Position numbers and translations under genes: made by a program | Shown here: positions 48,301 through 61,500 of the stretch, piece after piece | Layout of the letters: the number at the start of each line of letters is the position of its first letter | How positions within the stretch are numbered: the first letter of the stretch is position 1 | The notes under the pieces: generated by a model | Told to the model about the DNA's origin: nothing | Seen by the model: the letters and a program-made list of their open reading frames with translations, nothing else | Database searches by the model: none | NCBI GenBank assembly: GCA_004431415.1 | Contig: QPMI01000010.1 | Span: forward strand, 1 to 64,000 | Source: Cyanophora paradoxa CCMP329 | Taxonomy: Eukaryota > Plantae > Glaucophyta | Direction: 5' to 3' | DNA: 64,000 bases

Positions 48301-50438
48301 GCTCTGGCTCGCGAGCGGGCGGTCCGACGAGGCCGCGGGGCGCTACGCCAAGGCACTCCGGCTGGGGAGCGAGGACGCGAACCCGGCGCACCTCGGCAGC
48401 GCCGGCCATCTGCTCGACAGGATGGGGCGGGCGAGAGAGGGCATCCCGTTCCTCCAGGCACGCGCGGCCTGCGCAGCTGCGGCTGATCTGCTTCTATATC
48501 CTCTACGGCCAGCTCACCCGTGTCTCGGATCCTGTTCCTCGCAGGATGCGCTGCGTCTGAAAAAGAAGGCGCTGGGGGCGGAGCACCCCAAGGTCGCGTT
48601 GGCGATGCAGAACCTGGCGGTCCTGCTGAAGTCCCAGGGCGACTATGCGGCGGCGCGGGCCATGTACGAGGTGCGGCGCGTGCCTCTACGACCTAGACAT
48701 CCTTCTAGATCTGCCAAAGGCCGAAGATGTAGCTAACTCCGCCGCCGCAGGAAGCGCTGCAACTGCTGAAGAAGGCGCTGGGCACGGAGCACCGCGACGT
48801 CGCGATGACGATGCAGAACCTGGCGGGCGTGCTGGCGGAGCAGGGCGACTACGCGGCGGCGCGGCCGATGTACGAGGTGCGGGGCGCGCGCGCACACCGG
48901 TCTATCGCGTCTTCCTCCAATTTTGCGAGCCATACTCCTTAAGCTTCTCCAAGACGTGACCCTGTCCCGTCCCCGGCCTCACAGGAAGCGCTGCACGCGT
49001 ATAAAAAGGCGCTGGGGCCGGAGCACCCGGACGTGGCAATGGCCATGCAGAACCTGGCGCTCCTGCTGAAGGACCAGGGCGACCTCGCGGCGGCGAGGCC
49101 GATGTACGAGGTGCGGCGCGTGCGCGCTGCTCCTTTCTAAGCTTCTAAGGCCTGACCAGGCCCCGCCCCTCGCAGGCGGCGCTGCAGCTCTTTACGAAGG
49201 CGCTGGGGCCGGACCACCCGGAAGTGGCGACGGCCGTGCACAACCTGGCCGCCTTGCTGGCGGAGCAGGGCGACTACGCGGCGGCGCAGCCGATGTACGA
49301 GGTGCGGCCCGCTTCCCTCTACGATATGTAGAGTAGTCGTCATCTACAGTTTTCCTCCCTGTAGCTAGGCGCTGACTCCGGCCCGGCCCCTCCAGGAAGC
49401 CCTGCGGGTCTACAAGAAGGCGCTGGGCCCGGAGCACCGCGACGTCGCGATGACGATGCAGAACCTGGCCACGCTGCTGAAGAACAAGGGCGAAAGCACG
49501 GCCGCTCGCTCCATGTACGAGGTGCGGCGCACGCTTCTCATACAGCTTCCTCGCTATGCAGGCGCGGCCCTATATATAACTAACTCCGCCCTGCGTTGCG
49601 CCGCGGCAGGATGCGCTTCGGCTGCAGAAGAAGGCGCTGGGGCCGGAGCACGCGGACGTCGCGAGGACGATGCAGAATTTGGCGGTCCTGCTGAAGGCCC
49701 AGGGCGACCTTGCGGCGGCCAAGGCCATGTTTGAGGTCCGCGCGGCGCGGCGCGCGCCCCTCTAAATCTAATCTTCTGATCCGCGCTCCTTCGATTCGGG
49801 GCTCTGATCATGACCCCGGATCGGGCCGGCCCTCTCAGGAGGCGCTGCGGATACGCAAGAGGGCGCTGGGGCCGGATAACCCCCGGGTCGTGACGACGAT
49901 GCAGAACCTGGGCGCCCTGCTGGAAGAGCAGGGCGAATACGCGGCGGCGCGGCCCCTGTACGAGGTTCGGCGCGCGCTTTCTTCTCTCGATCTTGATCTT
50001 AAGCTTCTGCCCTGACCCGCCCGCCCGACCGCCCGCCCGCCCGGTCCTTGCAGGAGGCGCTTCGGCTGCAGAGGAAGGCGCTGGGGCCGGGGCACTCGGA
50101 GGTGAAACAGGGGCACTTCCAATATAACCTATGTAACCTTATATAACCTACATAATTATAACCACTAAATAAAGGTGGCGACGGCCGAGTTCTTCCTGGG
50201 GGACCTCCTCGCGAAGCTGGGGACGAGGGAGGCCCTCTCGGAGGCCGCGGCGCTCCTCGAGGCGCGTTCTATTCACGCGTTTCATTCGGATTCGATCGGA
50301 GATTTGATCTAGATTTGATCGCGATCGCAGGGGGCGCTGCCGGTGCTCGAGCGGTCCCTGGGGCCTCGGCACAGGACGACGGCGGCCGCCAAGCGGGCGC
50401 TGGAAGGCGTCGAACGGCGCTCGAAGAAGCGGAGATAG
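45386..50438 (+). CDS. DUF4062 + P-loop NTPase (NPHP3/TEP1/NACHT-like) + TPR-repeat protein; multi-exon
   Basis: VRIFVSSTF-EDMQAERD...CVDLR-WG (DUF4062), Walker A LHGEGGCGKS, Walker B VLLVLDGLDQL, NPLFL, FFH, then 42-aa kinesin-light-chain-type TPRs (LGxEHPxVAxxMQNLAxLL). Confidence 0.9.
48545..49964 (+). repeat. Seven 126-bp phase-0 TPR exons
   Basis: Exons at 48545-48670, 48751-48876, 48985-49110, 49176-49301, 49396-49521, 49610-49735 and 49839-49964. Confidence 0.92.
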
Positions 50439-52650
50439 GGGTTGAGGCCCTACCGGGGGTGGCGGTCACTGGGGACGCGTAGCGCGAGGCGGGCTCCTGG
50501 GCGGAGCGCGCGGCGGCCTTCTATATCTTAGGACGTCGGGCTCCGCTGAGCGCGAGCACCTCGAGCACCGCTCGAAGAAGCGGAGGAGGTTATAGAGCTC
50601 GCGGAGGAGGAGGGGGGAGGAGCGGAGCACGTGAACGTGCACGCGTGCGCGAGTGTGCATCCTGCCCGCCCTGCCCTCCGCAGCTTGACATGTACAAATG
50701 CAATCGATATCATCATGATCAAACGCTAGCGCTGCAGGCCCGGCCTGCCGGCCTGCTGCAGGGCCGGGGCAGAGAGGGGGGCGTGCCGCCGGCGCTGGAC
50801 GCTCGAATACGAGCGCTAGCTATATATATTTAGCGCGAAGTACAGGCCGCACCGAGTGGAGGGCGGAGGGCCGGTGCCGGCCGCGGAGAGTGGAGGGCGG
50901 AGGGGCGAGCCGCTGAGCCCGGGGTGCACGTGCGCCACGGGCGGCGCGGCGCGGGGCCCTGCAGGCCGGCCGCGTGCGGGGGGCGAGGGAGGCGTGCCCC
51001 GCGGGTGCCATGCGGCTGCCTTGCACGCCTGCAAAGGCAGCTGGCCGACATCGCTGACGACGCCGGCTGCGGGAGGGCTGGACCCTCTCCGTGGGTGGGG
51101 GGGGGGGGGGAGTTCGGGGGGGAGGGGGGAAGGGAGCGCTCCGAGGCGGCCGCGCCGGAGGGAAGTGCGCGAGCAGGGCGCCCTGCGGCGGGGCGGGGCG
51201 CAGCGAATCGCCTCAGGTGACGACGGGCCTCGCAGGGCCTCGCGGGGCGGCCGGGGCCGGGGCGCGGCCGCGGCCGAGAGGAGGCCCGGGCCGGGAGGGG
51301 GCGGCGGCGGCGGCGGAAGGAGAGGCGAGCCGCGGCTGCCCGGCGCCGTGGGGCGCGCGGGGCGGCGCCGCCCCCTCCGCGGTCCGAGGCGGGCGTCCGC
51401 GGCGAGGGAGGGGCGCCCCGGCCAGCCCCAGCGCCGCCCGGGTACCCCATCAGAGGGCCGGACCCGGTCCTAGTGCCTCGGGCTCGCAGGTAGGACCGGC
51501 GCGGTGCGCACCATCGGATCCGCCGTGCTCGAGATGTGCGGGCAAAAGTCCAACGGGGTCCTGGGGCGAAGGTCGGGTCCGGAGGGGCAGGGGGGGTACG
51601 GGTACTTCGGTCGCACCCCCACGGTGTGCCGCACACCGTTGGATCGGGAATGACAAGGAGACTCCAGCGGTGCGCTTGTCAGGGCTCGGCGGCGACGCGG
51701 TGGAGGGGTGCATCGAAAAAACTGTTTGGCCGGGGCATGAGAGGGGCGGGGGGCGGCCGGGCGAGGCCGGCGCGGGCCTGAAGCGCAGCCATACACGGCG
51801 AGAGTGAGAAAAGAGTCCGCTTCGATCGTACGGGTTCGGATGGGGCGGCCCGCGCAGCCGCAGCGCCCGCCCGAGTCGACGGACCGTCCGCCCGCCGGCG
51901 TGCCGCGGCGCCTTCCGCGCGTCCTGCCGCCCCTCGAACCGCATCAGAGCGCTCCGAACGCAATCCGCGGCGGCCGTGAGACGCGCACCGGCGGGGGCTC
52001 GGCAGAGAGCGAGACTTGGCGGCACCGCCCGAGACGCGACCGGGGCCAGCCCGACCGCGCGAGGTGCACCGGCAAGCCAGATCGTGTGCATTCGGCGCTG
52101 CTCCTGATCGAGGATCGGATCGCACGCGGCGCGAGGGCTTCGGGAACCACGCGAGGGCGCGGAGCTTGAGTCACGTGTCCAGGCACGCGACCGCGGCACT
52201 GCGAGGAGCGTTGTGAGGCTCCGAAAATGCGCGATATGCACTGCATGCGCCGATTGCAATTGGTCATGGTAGCAGCCTGGAGGGTCGGCGGTTCGGGCCC
52301 GGGGTCAAATGCAACGGGGCCTACGGAGAGCAAGCAGCAAAGCGAACCTGCTGTCGGCAGCCATGCACGATTCAACGAATCGGCCGACTCGCCTTGACTC
52401 GGCTTCGTCTCGAATCGGGGAGCTTTGGGCACGCGGCCGCCGTATTGGTAGACTCAGTTTATTGGCGACTGGAAGTCGCGGCAGTGCAGGCGTGTCCGAA
52501 GTCAGAAGGTCGCAAGGCCGGGGTACCGGAGGTTAATACCACGGATCTCAGCAGCGGCGCGGGGCAGGCCTTGCCCGAGGCTAGGCTAGATTCATCTGCC
52601 TGCAGCTGCGGCGCCCTACTCCGCCCTACGCTGGACCTAGGCCTGGCAAA

Positions 52651-54880
52651 ATGGACCTAGGCTTGGAACGAGCGCAGAAGCGGGCGCGTGCGGAGGAGCC
52701 CTTCGTATGCGCGGCAGCTGCAGCAGAGGCGGACTGGGACGGTGGCATCAACCATTTCGCGCGGCTGCCGGACGAGATAGTGCATAGGATCTTCAGCGAG
52801 CTCGAGGCGTTGGATGCTTACGAGACTTGTCGTCTGTGGTCATTAGATCGTCGGTTCAGGCGGCTCGTGGGGGGCGTGGACTGGAAGCACCTGAGAATCA
52901 CACCGCGCTGTCATGAGCCGCGCAAGCAGTGCTGCAGGAACCAGTACAGAAAGCTCCTCGATCGAGTCACAGCGCGCGCACGGAACGGGACGCTGGCGGG
53001 CTGCGAGTGGCTCGTCATCGACTTTGCGTCGCCCGATATCTATGGTTGCGAGCACATTTCCAACCCATGTACACACAACAGCTGCAGCTGTCGCGACAGC
53101 CACGAGAAGCTCTTGGAGGCGAGCGCCAAGGCCGCATTTGCCTTGACAGGTGCACTGCGAGTCAAATATCATGATATCGATTGTAATTACATAGAAACGG
53201 CTGACACGCGAACGGGCAGAGATGCTGGCCGCCCTGTCGGCCGCGGCCTTCCCGCCGGAGCACGTCTATTTCTCAGACATCGGCCGGGGCTGGCCCGATA
53301 GCGTCTCGCGCGACATTGCGCGCGCTTTCCAAAACGCTCTCCTTCCGGCACCCATCCGAACGCTGCAGCTGTTCGGCTCATATGCAGATCGACCAATGTT
53401 TCTAGATCACTTTGTCCCTGGTGTGCTCCCTCACCTTCGGAATCTGGAATGGGAGTCTGGTACGATTAATTATGAAATTGCGGTTCGCCTTTATTTTTAA
53501 TTTGCGCATTCGTTGACCAATGCATATGCGCATGCATAGCTATATAGCTATGTATACGTAGCTTGATAGCCGCTGAGCGCTGGGTGATCGATATCAGACC
53601 GAAACGACTTGAATTAACGACATCTTCGCAGTCGAAGCTGGTGGAGACATGGCCAAGATTGAAGAAGATTCACAGTAAATTCACTTGTGCAGCACTTCGG
53701 AAACTATCTGAGCTCCCTCTAGAGGACCTGGAGGCCACTGTGGAAATATGCTGCGGCCTCGATGACTACTGGGAATCGATGCAGGAACTGGAAGAAGGGC
53801 TTGATTCGCTCGATCCCGACTGCGTTCGGAAGCTGGGTCTGCGGATTCGCGATGAAGATGGGGATGTGAAGACAATTACACCCGATGCCCTCCGCACTAT
53901 CCTTCACTTCCGCTACATTGAACACCTTGAGATCGATGTCTGCCTATTTCTAGATTAGTTTTTAATTCATCAGGTTTATTAGTTATTAGTTGGATTAGAT
54001 TGGTATTTTTTATAGGCCCCACTAGATTCACGTATACATTTTCAGTTCTGACGGTCCTTCTGGCCGCACAGGTCGATCATAGATCGGGCGATCTCCTCCT
54101 GGACCTTGGGACACTGAAGAGGCTTCGGACGCTCAAGCTTATCCTCGAGGTTCGCATGCCTTGAATTCGAATTACAATTATATATGCATTGTTGTGTGAT
54201 TAGCCCATGATCATGGGATGACTCGCCACGCGCGCAGTTCGTTTACGCCCCCGATGGAGGTGCAGAGTTGCTGCGGGCTGCGGCAGAGGGCATCGGAGCA
54301 GCCCCTTTCCTCGAGTCGCTTGCTCTGGTCATCGATGGTGACCTGCCCGAAAGGTATCGTAGGGCTGCAGCGGCGTCTCAGTACCCAGGGGTCCCGATTG
54401 ACCCCGACATCCTGGTGTCCCTGATCCGAGCCGCCCGCCGACGACCCACCATCACAAAACTGTACATCTCCCCTGCACCGGCTACAGCAGAGGTCCTTCA
54501 GGTCAGTCGGCCGTGGTGCCGCCCCTAATTTGATAGATGTTATCATCCGATCGCCTCAGAATCCTTGCTCGTTCTCGCAGGAGGTCGCGCTCGCCGGGCC
54601 ACAACTCGAGTCTGTTTACATCCGCTGCACCATTACAGGCGCCAAGAATGTCGACAAGCTGGGTCCCTTCCGTGAACTGCTCAGATTGTCTGATCATGCT
54701 GCACGTCTGCCCGAACTCGAAGTGTCCCTCTACATCGAACTCCACGACGCGCTGCTCGCCGAGGCATGCGACGTCCTCCGTGGCTGGTTCAAGAACGCAA
54801 CTCTTCCCATCTCCATCAGCGTCAACATGAAATGTATCGTTGGCCCGTTTGCATGCGAGTCTTCACTCACGATCGGGTAG
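52651..54880 (+). CDS. F-box protein with degenerate LRR-like C-terminus; multi-exon
   Basis: HFARLPDEIVHRIFSEL...CRLWSLDRRFRRLV F-box motif, with later exons WPRLKKI, LPLEDL, LKRLRTLKL and PFLESLAL. Confidence 0.8.
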
Positions 54881-57800
54881 TCTAGCTTTAGCTATAGCTG
54901 TAGCGTGCGTATCTCAGTCTTGTGCTGCTTCGTGTTATGATTATTTTTAAACAAAAGTAGGCGCGGCCAACCACGGTGGAGGCGACGCGGAAGGTCAGGT
55001 GGGCAGAGGCCTAGGGCCTGGGCCTGGTGATCATGATCCCCTCCACATCTCTCGCGATCGCTCGTTTTCGAATTCGTGGCCTCCAGATCTCTTCTCTGGA
55101 TCGTGGACAGTGCACGTGCACAAACTTTATTTTTCATTTGTGTTCCAGTTCTAGTTCTAGCATTGAATTCAACATCGTTAGGCCAAATCTGACAGTATAT
55201 ATACTTACGATTTATATAGCAAGCTCGTTATTTGTAATTAATTTAAGCTTGTTTATGCACATGTACAGCTGCAGGAACGCATTGCACGCTTGTTTTGGTG
55301 AATTGCACGCAGCAGCACGTTGACCGCAGTTATAATTATAACACATATATATTATATATAAGCATCGGAGCGCTGCTGGAGGAGTGCGCCGCAGCGGTTC
55401 GCGCCAATTGCAACGCCTTAGCCACGTCCCGGCCTCCCCCCCTCCCCCCTCCCCCTCCCTCCCCCCCCCCCCCCCCGCCCCCTTAAGCTTCCCCTCCCCC
55501 TAGGCCTTCCCATCCCATCCCTCCCCCTCCCCCTCCTCCCTCCCCCTCCCCTCCCCTCCCCCTCCCCCCCTCCCCCTCCCTCTCCCCCTCTCCCCCACGC
55601 CCCCCCCCTTCCCCCCCCAATTGCAAAGAAGCTCAGGGCCCGTTGCCGCGTCCGGCGCAGAGCCGGGCCGCCTCTCAGCTGCGCGAGGAGAGCCCCGCCG
55701 GCGCTTCGCGATCGGTGAGCCGCGCCTCTCCGCTCGCGCACTCTGAATTCTCGGCGCCGCGGCCCCCGCGCTGGCCCCAGCCGTCGACGTCGACGTCGCG
55801 GAGTGGAGGGCCGCAGGGCGAGCTCGAGCTCAAGGTGAACAAGAGGAGGCTCGAGCTCGAATGGGGCCCCGGCTGGGACGGCAACCCCGATGTCCAGGGC
55901 TCCTGATGCGCCTTCTCCCCCCTCCTTCCCCCCCCGCCCCCCCCCCCTCCCCCTCCCCCCCCCCCCCCCCCCCCGCTTCCTTTGAGGTGGACGGGCCGGC
56001 GAGCGGGTCTGGATCTGGGTCCCCGGGCCGAGGAGCCGGGCCCGCCGCTCCTCCTGCCGCGGCCGCTGCCGGCCGCGGCCCGCCCACCGCCGCCGGCGCC
56101 GCCTCCTCGTCCGCCGCGGCGCCGCCGCAGCACGCGCCCGCCTGGTCCCTCTGCGTCTTCCTCTTCGATCGGAGACTCGTGTCGCGCTGGTACGTATACC
56201 CCTCGCAGCCTCACTTGCCCTCGCAGCCCTATCGATCGCGTACCCAGGTGTCCGACCCGCTCGTCCGCAAGGCCTCGGGCCTCGAGCGGGGCGAGGCAGC
56301 CGCGCGTGGGCCGCCGCGTGTACCCCGGCCCGGGTCGGCCTGTACCCCTTCGAATTCCTCGCCGCCGCCCCTGGGTCGACCCTCGCCGGCAGACTGCTCG
56401 GCGGACTCGGGAGGCGGCGGGGGCGCGCGGGGCCCGGCGTGGTCCTCGCAGCCGACCCGCAGGCGCGCCCCTTTAATTTAATTTCCCGCCTCGCCTCGTG
56501 CGCCCGGCGGCGGCGCTGAGGGCCGGGGGGCGCAGGGCGGCCCGGGCGGGCGGGTGGAGGTGGCCATGGACTGGGCGGGCGGGCGGCGCTCGTGGGAGGA
56601 CTACAGCGGGCCCTCGGGCCGCTGCGGCGTCGCGGTTGTACATGTGGTGCGCCGCCTGCTCCCGGAGTCCGCGATCGCCGCGCCGCGGCCCTCACGCTGG
56701 CCCCAGCCGACCGAGAAGGAGGCGCTGCATGGCGGGGCGCCTCGGGTACATGTGTCAGTCTGTGTGACACGAACGTATACCTGGTACTGTATACGTACTT
56801 AGTACTTAGGGCTCGGGGCCTCGAGCTCGGGGCCTCGGGCCGGGTCCGCTACCGGCCGAAAAAAGGTTCAAAGACACAAACAAAAAAAGACGTTGCAAAA
56901 CGTATTTTTTTCAGTCGAAGAGAAAAAGGCTTGTTCGTCGGGAATCGTCGCTGAACGCTACTGGCCCCGCTTTGTCCGGCGGATCGAAAGGCAGATCGCC
57001 ATTGGTTTGAACTCCGCCGGATGAGCTTGGGTCTCCAAACGGTCCGTCGGGAAGAAAATGCAATTCACTTAAGCATATCATTTGAAACTTGAAACTTCAA
57101 AATTTAACATCTTGATTGAGATCCGCCCGGCGCCGGCGCCGGCACTTGCACAACTGAGGTTACTGAGCTCGATTGGCTTCTTAAACCCGCCGGATATCAA
57201 GGCTAGCAGCCATTGGCTTATGCGTATTGCCTGTAAATAATTCAGGTAGAAAACTTCAGTCAGGGGAAAAAATAATATTGCCTTACGCGTATAATTCAGT
57301 CAGGGTCCACCCCTGACCGTCGGACCCAGTCGCTCAGCCCCCCTGACTGTGAGTGAATCAGTCAACCCGAGGTTCAGTCAGGCTACCAGTACCGTGCAAA
57401 AACTGAGAAAAATATGACCTGGAAATGACCGATTGCAAGATGCGATCCACTTAGGTTGCCAAGCACAGTGCCGCAGTGCGCGGGCGGTAGAGGGTGGTTA
57501 GGCGAGCAAAGAACACTGGAGAAAGAAATTCGGCCCCCGCCAGGTGCACGTGTCAGACGCCATTAGCCTTGCTAGCGCGGGCGGTTTCGTTCAGATTTCG
57601 TTGTTTTTCTGGAGGTAAGACGACGGAAGATCCTTTTTAGGTCGATCGTGACCCACGTCAAGCTTCAGATGGGAAAAGCCCACAGGGGGGCACGCTCAGC
57701 GGCTCCCACAGCCTCCCAGCAGGGTGTTATATGGGACTTAGAGAACCTCAGTCGGCCAATTTGGTGACTCAGTCGGGTCACGGGTCAGTCAGACCCTTAA

Positions 57801-58513
57801 TAGATTACGCTGCAAAGCGTGATCAGTTTCTCTCCGCCGGAGCGCGCTGCCGGGGCCGCGCCCTTACCTCCGGGGTACAGCCTGCGCACGGCCGCCCACA
57901 GTACCCCCACTTTCTTTTCGGCTTCGCGTTAGTTGCAGCTTCGCGGAGCTGCAGCCATCGCCAGCATCACAGACGTAGCTAGTGGAGTTGGGTGAACGAA
58001 TGGCGTTCCACTGGCCTGTCGACGGTGCGTGATCGCAAGAGCGTGCGGTTGGGGGCGCGCGGGGCCGCCTTTGGCAATCCAGCTCCCGCGCCTCGCCTGC
58101 GCTCAGCGCCGCGCACTGCTGACTGGCGCAGCTAGTTAGCGCCAGCCAGCTGCAGCCTTTCCGAACAAGCTTTCCATAGGCGCCTAGTTAGGCAACCATC
58201 CCTTCCTTTAAACCTTCCGAATAGCTTCATAGGCACTTCCCTTAACACATTAGCGTCACAGCGCCTGAGATTACTCGGCGCTCGCCGCGCGGCTGGTGCC
58301 CGGCGTAGTTAGCTTAGACAGGTAGCTCTCCGTAGTTGTTCTTGTCTGAATCTCGTAGTACCTTCAAGGTTTATCGTGTGTCGCGTCGCATCCCACACTC
58401 GCACGCCTGAGCTCGCTCGGCGCTCCGCCGCGTGGCTTGGCCCGGCGTCGCACTTCCGTAGAGTAGCTCGCGGCGGGCTAGACGGGCTGCACGCACATAA
58501 GAGCGTCACGCAT

Positions 58514-61500
58514 ATGACAGGATCCTTACGGCTCTGGCCCGTCGCAGAGAGCGACGTCGTCGCGTGGTTCGTCGAGAACCGTACGGACGAGCTCGGCACT
58601 GTAACAGCTGAGAACCCCGAGCTGCCAGTATCGGCCAAGCTCCTGCACCAGGTTCTTCTATTCGTTTTACAACCTTTTTCCAGAACGAACGCGACGGCCC
58701 GCCCTCGCCAGATCGCGACCGGCCTGCGCGCCGATGAAGAGCCCAACGCACTGAGCAAGCTGCCCGAGGGCGTTGACTGCGTGCTCGTCGGCTGCAGCGA
58801 AGACGGCGCCGTCCACACGTACACATGGAAGACCGGCGCGCGCGCCGGCACGCTCCGGCACGGCGCGGAGCAGATTACGTTCGAGTTCGAGTTCGGCGAG
58901 CTGCGCCCCTGCGGCACGGATTACCGTGTGCTGGTCGGCCCGGCGCCGGCGGCCGGCGCCCCGGGCCAGCAGCAGACCGTGCACCGGCTCGCCCAGCTGG
59001 CAGACGCCGCCGGGGCCGATCCAGCGGCAGCCGCGAACGTCCTGCGGGGCGTCGCGCAGTGGTTCGGTCTGGCGCTCCTGCCGGCAGAGTCCCGACCAGC
59101 CGGGGTCCGGCCCCTCTTCGACCTGTGGCGGATTCTGCCCCAGCACTACCGGACGGTGGAGAGCGCGTTTCTCGAGCTCCTCATCGGAGCCGTGCTGAAC
59201 GCCGCCGGCGTTGGCGCCCAGCAGCTCATCCCGGGCAGCGAGCGCCTGAGCGATGACATCGTCCAGCGCGCCCTGGAGGGCCTCTACGCTTTCGTTCTGA
59301 CCCCCCTCGGCAACGCGGCGCGAGAGACACTCGCCCGCGGTCGCGTGGTGACGCCGGCAGATATGCTGGCTTTCTCTCCGCCGGCCCTGATGGCAGCCAA
59401 CGGCAGCTATTCAGACGTTAGCGGAGGGGTGCGGGGCGACATGACCGTGCTTCTCTCTGCCTCGACCGTGTCGCGTGCGGCCGCACTCCTGGGAGAGGAG
59501 CTGTACGAGGCGGCGCCAGCGTTTTTTCCCCGGGCGACTAGCTCGGGCACTGGCTCCGGCCAGGGCGCCGAGGGCCCGCAGGAGCAGTTGCAGCTGCAGC
59601 AGCATATGCCGCAGCAGCAAGTGCCGCCGATTGCGATGCGGATGACCCCGCGCATCCGACCCTCGATTTCGGGAGCCGCTTCGGCGCGGCTGGCCCCGGG
59701 CTCAGGTCAGCCAGGGGGCCTCGCGGCCCTCGGCATCAGTCGCTCTAGCTTCGCCGCTCGGGCCACGGGTGCCAGCACCGGCTCCAGGCTGGTTCGCGGG
59801 GTAGGTTTTCCCCGCAGTGCCCCCCACCGTGGGCAGACAGCTGAGGCCCCATTGCCGCTTCCGCAGCCGGATCCGGAACCTCGCCTCGGTGCAACCGAGA
59901 GTGGCCTTGGCAACGCGATGCGGGAAGCTAGCTATAGGGCCTCGGCGACCGCGATGCGCACCCGCATGCAGGTAGGCCAGTTGGCTCATATACATGTCGA
60001 GCGACCGCAGCCGGCCGCGGCAGCGTCAATGACTTTTTCTCAGACAGATTCCGCGGGGCAGGCCTCCCTGCAGTTCCGGCGGGATCCCCCCCTCTTCCCC
60101 AGCCAGGGCCCCGGGGTACGTTTGCCACAGCCGCCCGGCGTACCGCGGCTAGCCCGCACCTCGGCCGACCGCCCGCCCTCGCCCCTACAGGCTCCGCCTC
60201 CCTCGGAGGGGGACATGTACGAGGTCGACGAGTACGAGGGTGCTGGTGGCGCCGGCGGCCCCGCTGCAGCGGCAGCCCCCGCGGCCGGACATGCCCAGGC
60301 GCAGCAGCACGAGCTCTACGCTGCGGCGAAGACAGACCCCGCTTTCGCCAAGCTCATCGGCGCGGCACATGGTGGTGTTCATGAGAACATCAAGCGCCAG
60401 CCATGGCGCATGGGCGGCCCGCGTCACTTCCTCGCTGGCTCCGGTTTCGGCCTTCAGGGCAGCGGCACCGTGCCGCAGCTCAAGGCGGGGTCGATCTATC
60501 TCGATCGGGCCGCCTGCAACGGCCTCCTCGGCGATTTCAGCCAGCTGAGCGACGCTTCGGTGGAGGAGCGGATCGATCTGGCCCGCCAGGCCCAGATCTA
60601 CGGCTCGTTCATCGGCCACTCGGTCGCGTTCGACTTGTCCAACGGGGCTTTGGCCAGCGCTGAGCTGCTGCTGGCCAAGGGGCTGGACGTGCTGGCGGCT
60701 GCCGATGTCGCCCTGCGTGAGTGCGAGGCCCGCCACGAGCCCGGCATTCAGCTCCTGCGGCACGATCAGCAGGAGCGGCCTGCCCATCCGGCGCTGCCGG
60801 AGTTCTTTACGCGGGCGCTCCTCGACGACTTCCGGACGCAGCTTGTCCAGAACGTCACCTTGAGCCAGGCGCAGCAGTGCTATCATCTCTCGGCCACGCA
60901 CTCGCGGGCCGCTGAGCTGCAGCGCCGCCCCATTGAGGTCGATGCCACGTCCGGCATGAAGGCCCTGGTGACCGACACCACGGCGGCGAACACCAAGAAG
61001 GGGACCTGCTTCCCCGCCTCGAACACCGCCGGCATGATCGGCGCGGCGGCGAGCTTCAGCCGTGCCCTCACGGCCGTGATGCGCCCCTCGCCGGCAACGT
61101 ATGATTTTGTGTACCTCACGAAGGACGGCGCCGCCAATGGCCCCCTGGCCCCCGCATCCATGGATTTCCTTGCGAGCAAGGACGCGGTGCGGGTTGAGGG
61201 CGCCATGGCGGCTGCTGGCACGACTACGCTGAACCTCGAGTTCAAGCCGCATGCCCCGGGAGCGGCGCCTGAGGAGTGGGGTAGGCAACTCCGCCCTGCG
61301 GGCGAGCGCGCTATAGCTAGCGGTCGCGCGCCCCCCCCCCTCTTGCCGCGCGCGGCCCCATACCAGGGCTCTGAACCGACCCCGGCCCCCGAATGGCAGG
61401 CACCCTGGGTGGCGAGTACAAGCGGGTGCTGGCAGCGGCCGGCGGCTCCACCGGCGTGGCCTCCGCCACAGCCCCCGAGTCGGCCCCCCCTGCCATGCAC

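Noticed and set aside
50450-52400. Possible minus-strand gene divergent from the F-box gene
   Set aside because: Some exon-like pieces, but no consistent model or recognisable domain.
55435-55620. Long C/G homopolymer tracts here and at ~18990, ~31090-31330, ~34590-34640 and ~35680
   Set aside because: Low-complexity, mostly intronic or intergenic sequence of unreliable length. No specific function can be supported.
12200-56800. Numerous long Arg/Pro/Gly/Ala-rich ORFs in the six-frame track
   Set aside because: Expected from stop-codon scarcity at high GC. They are mostly antisense or out-of-frame shadows of spliced genes.
55640-56800. Possible + strand gene with a duplicated APRPxRWPQP motif
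   Set aside because: The fragments cannot be joined confidently and no domain is recognised.
57068-57081. ACTTAAGCATATCA match to the 5' end of LSU rRNA
   Set aside because: Only 14 bp, and the flanks are not rRNA-like.
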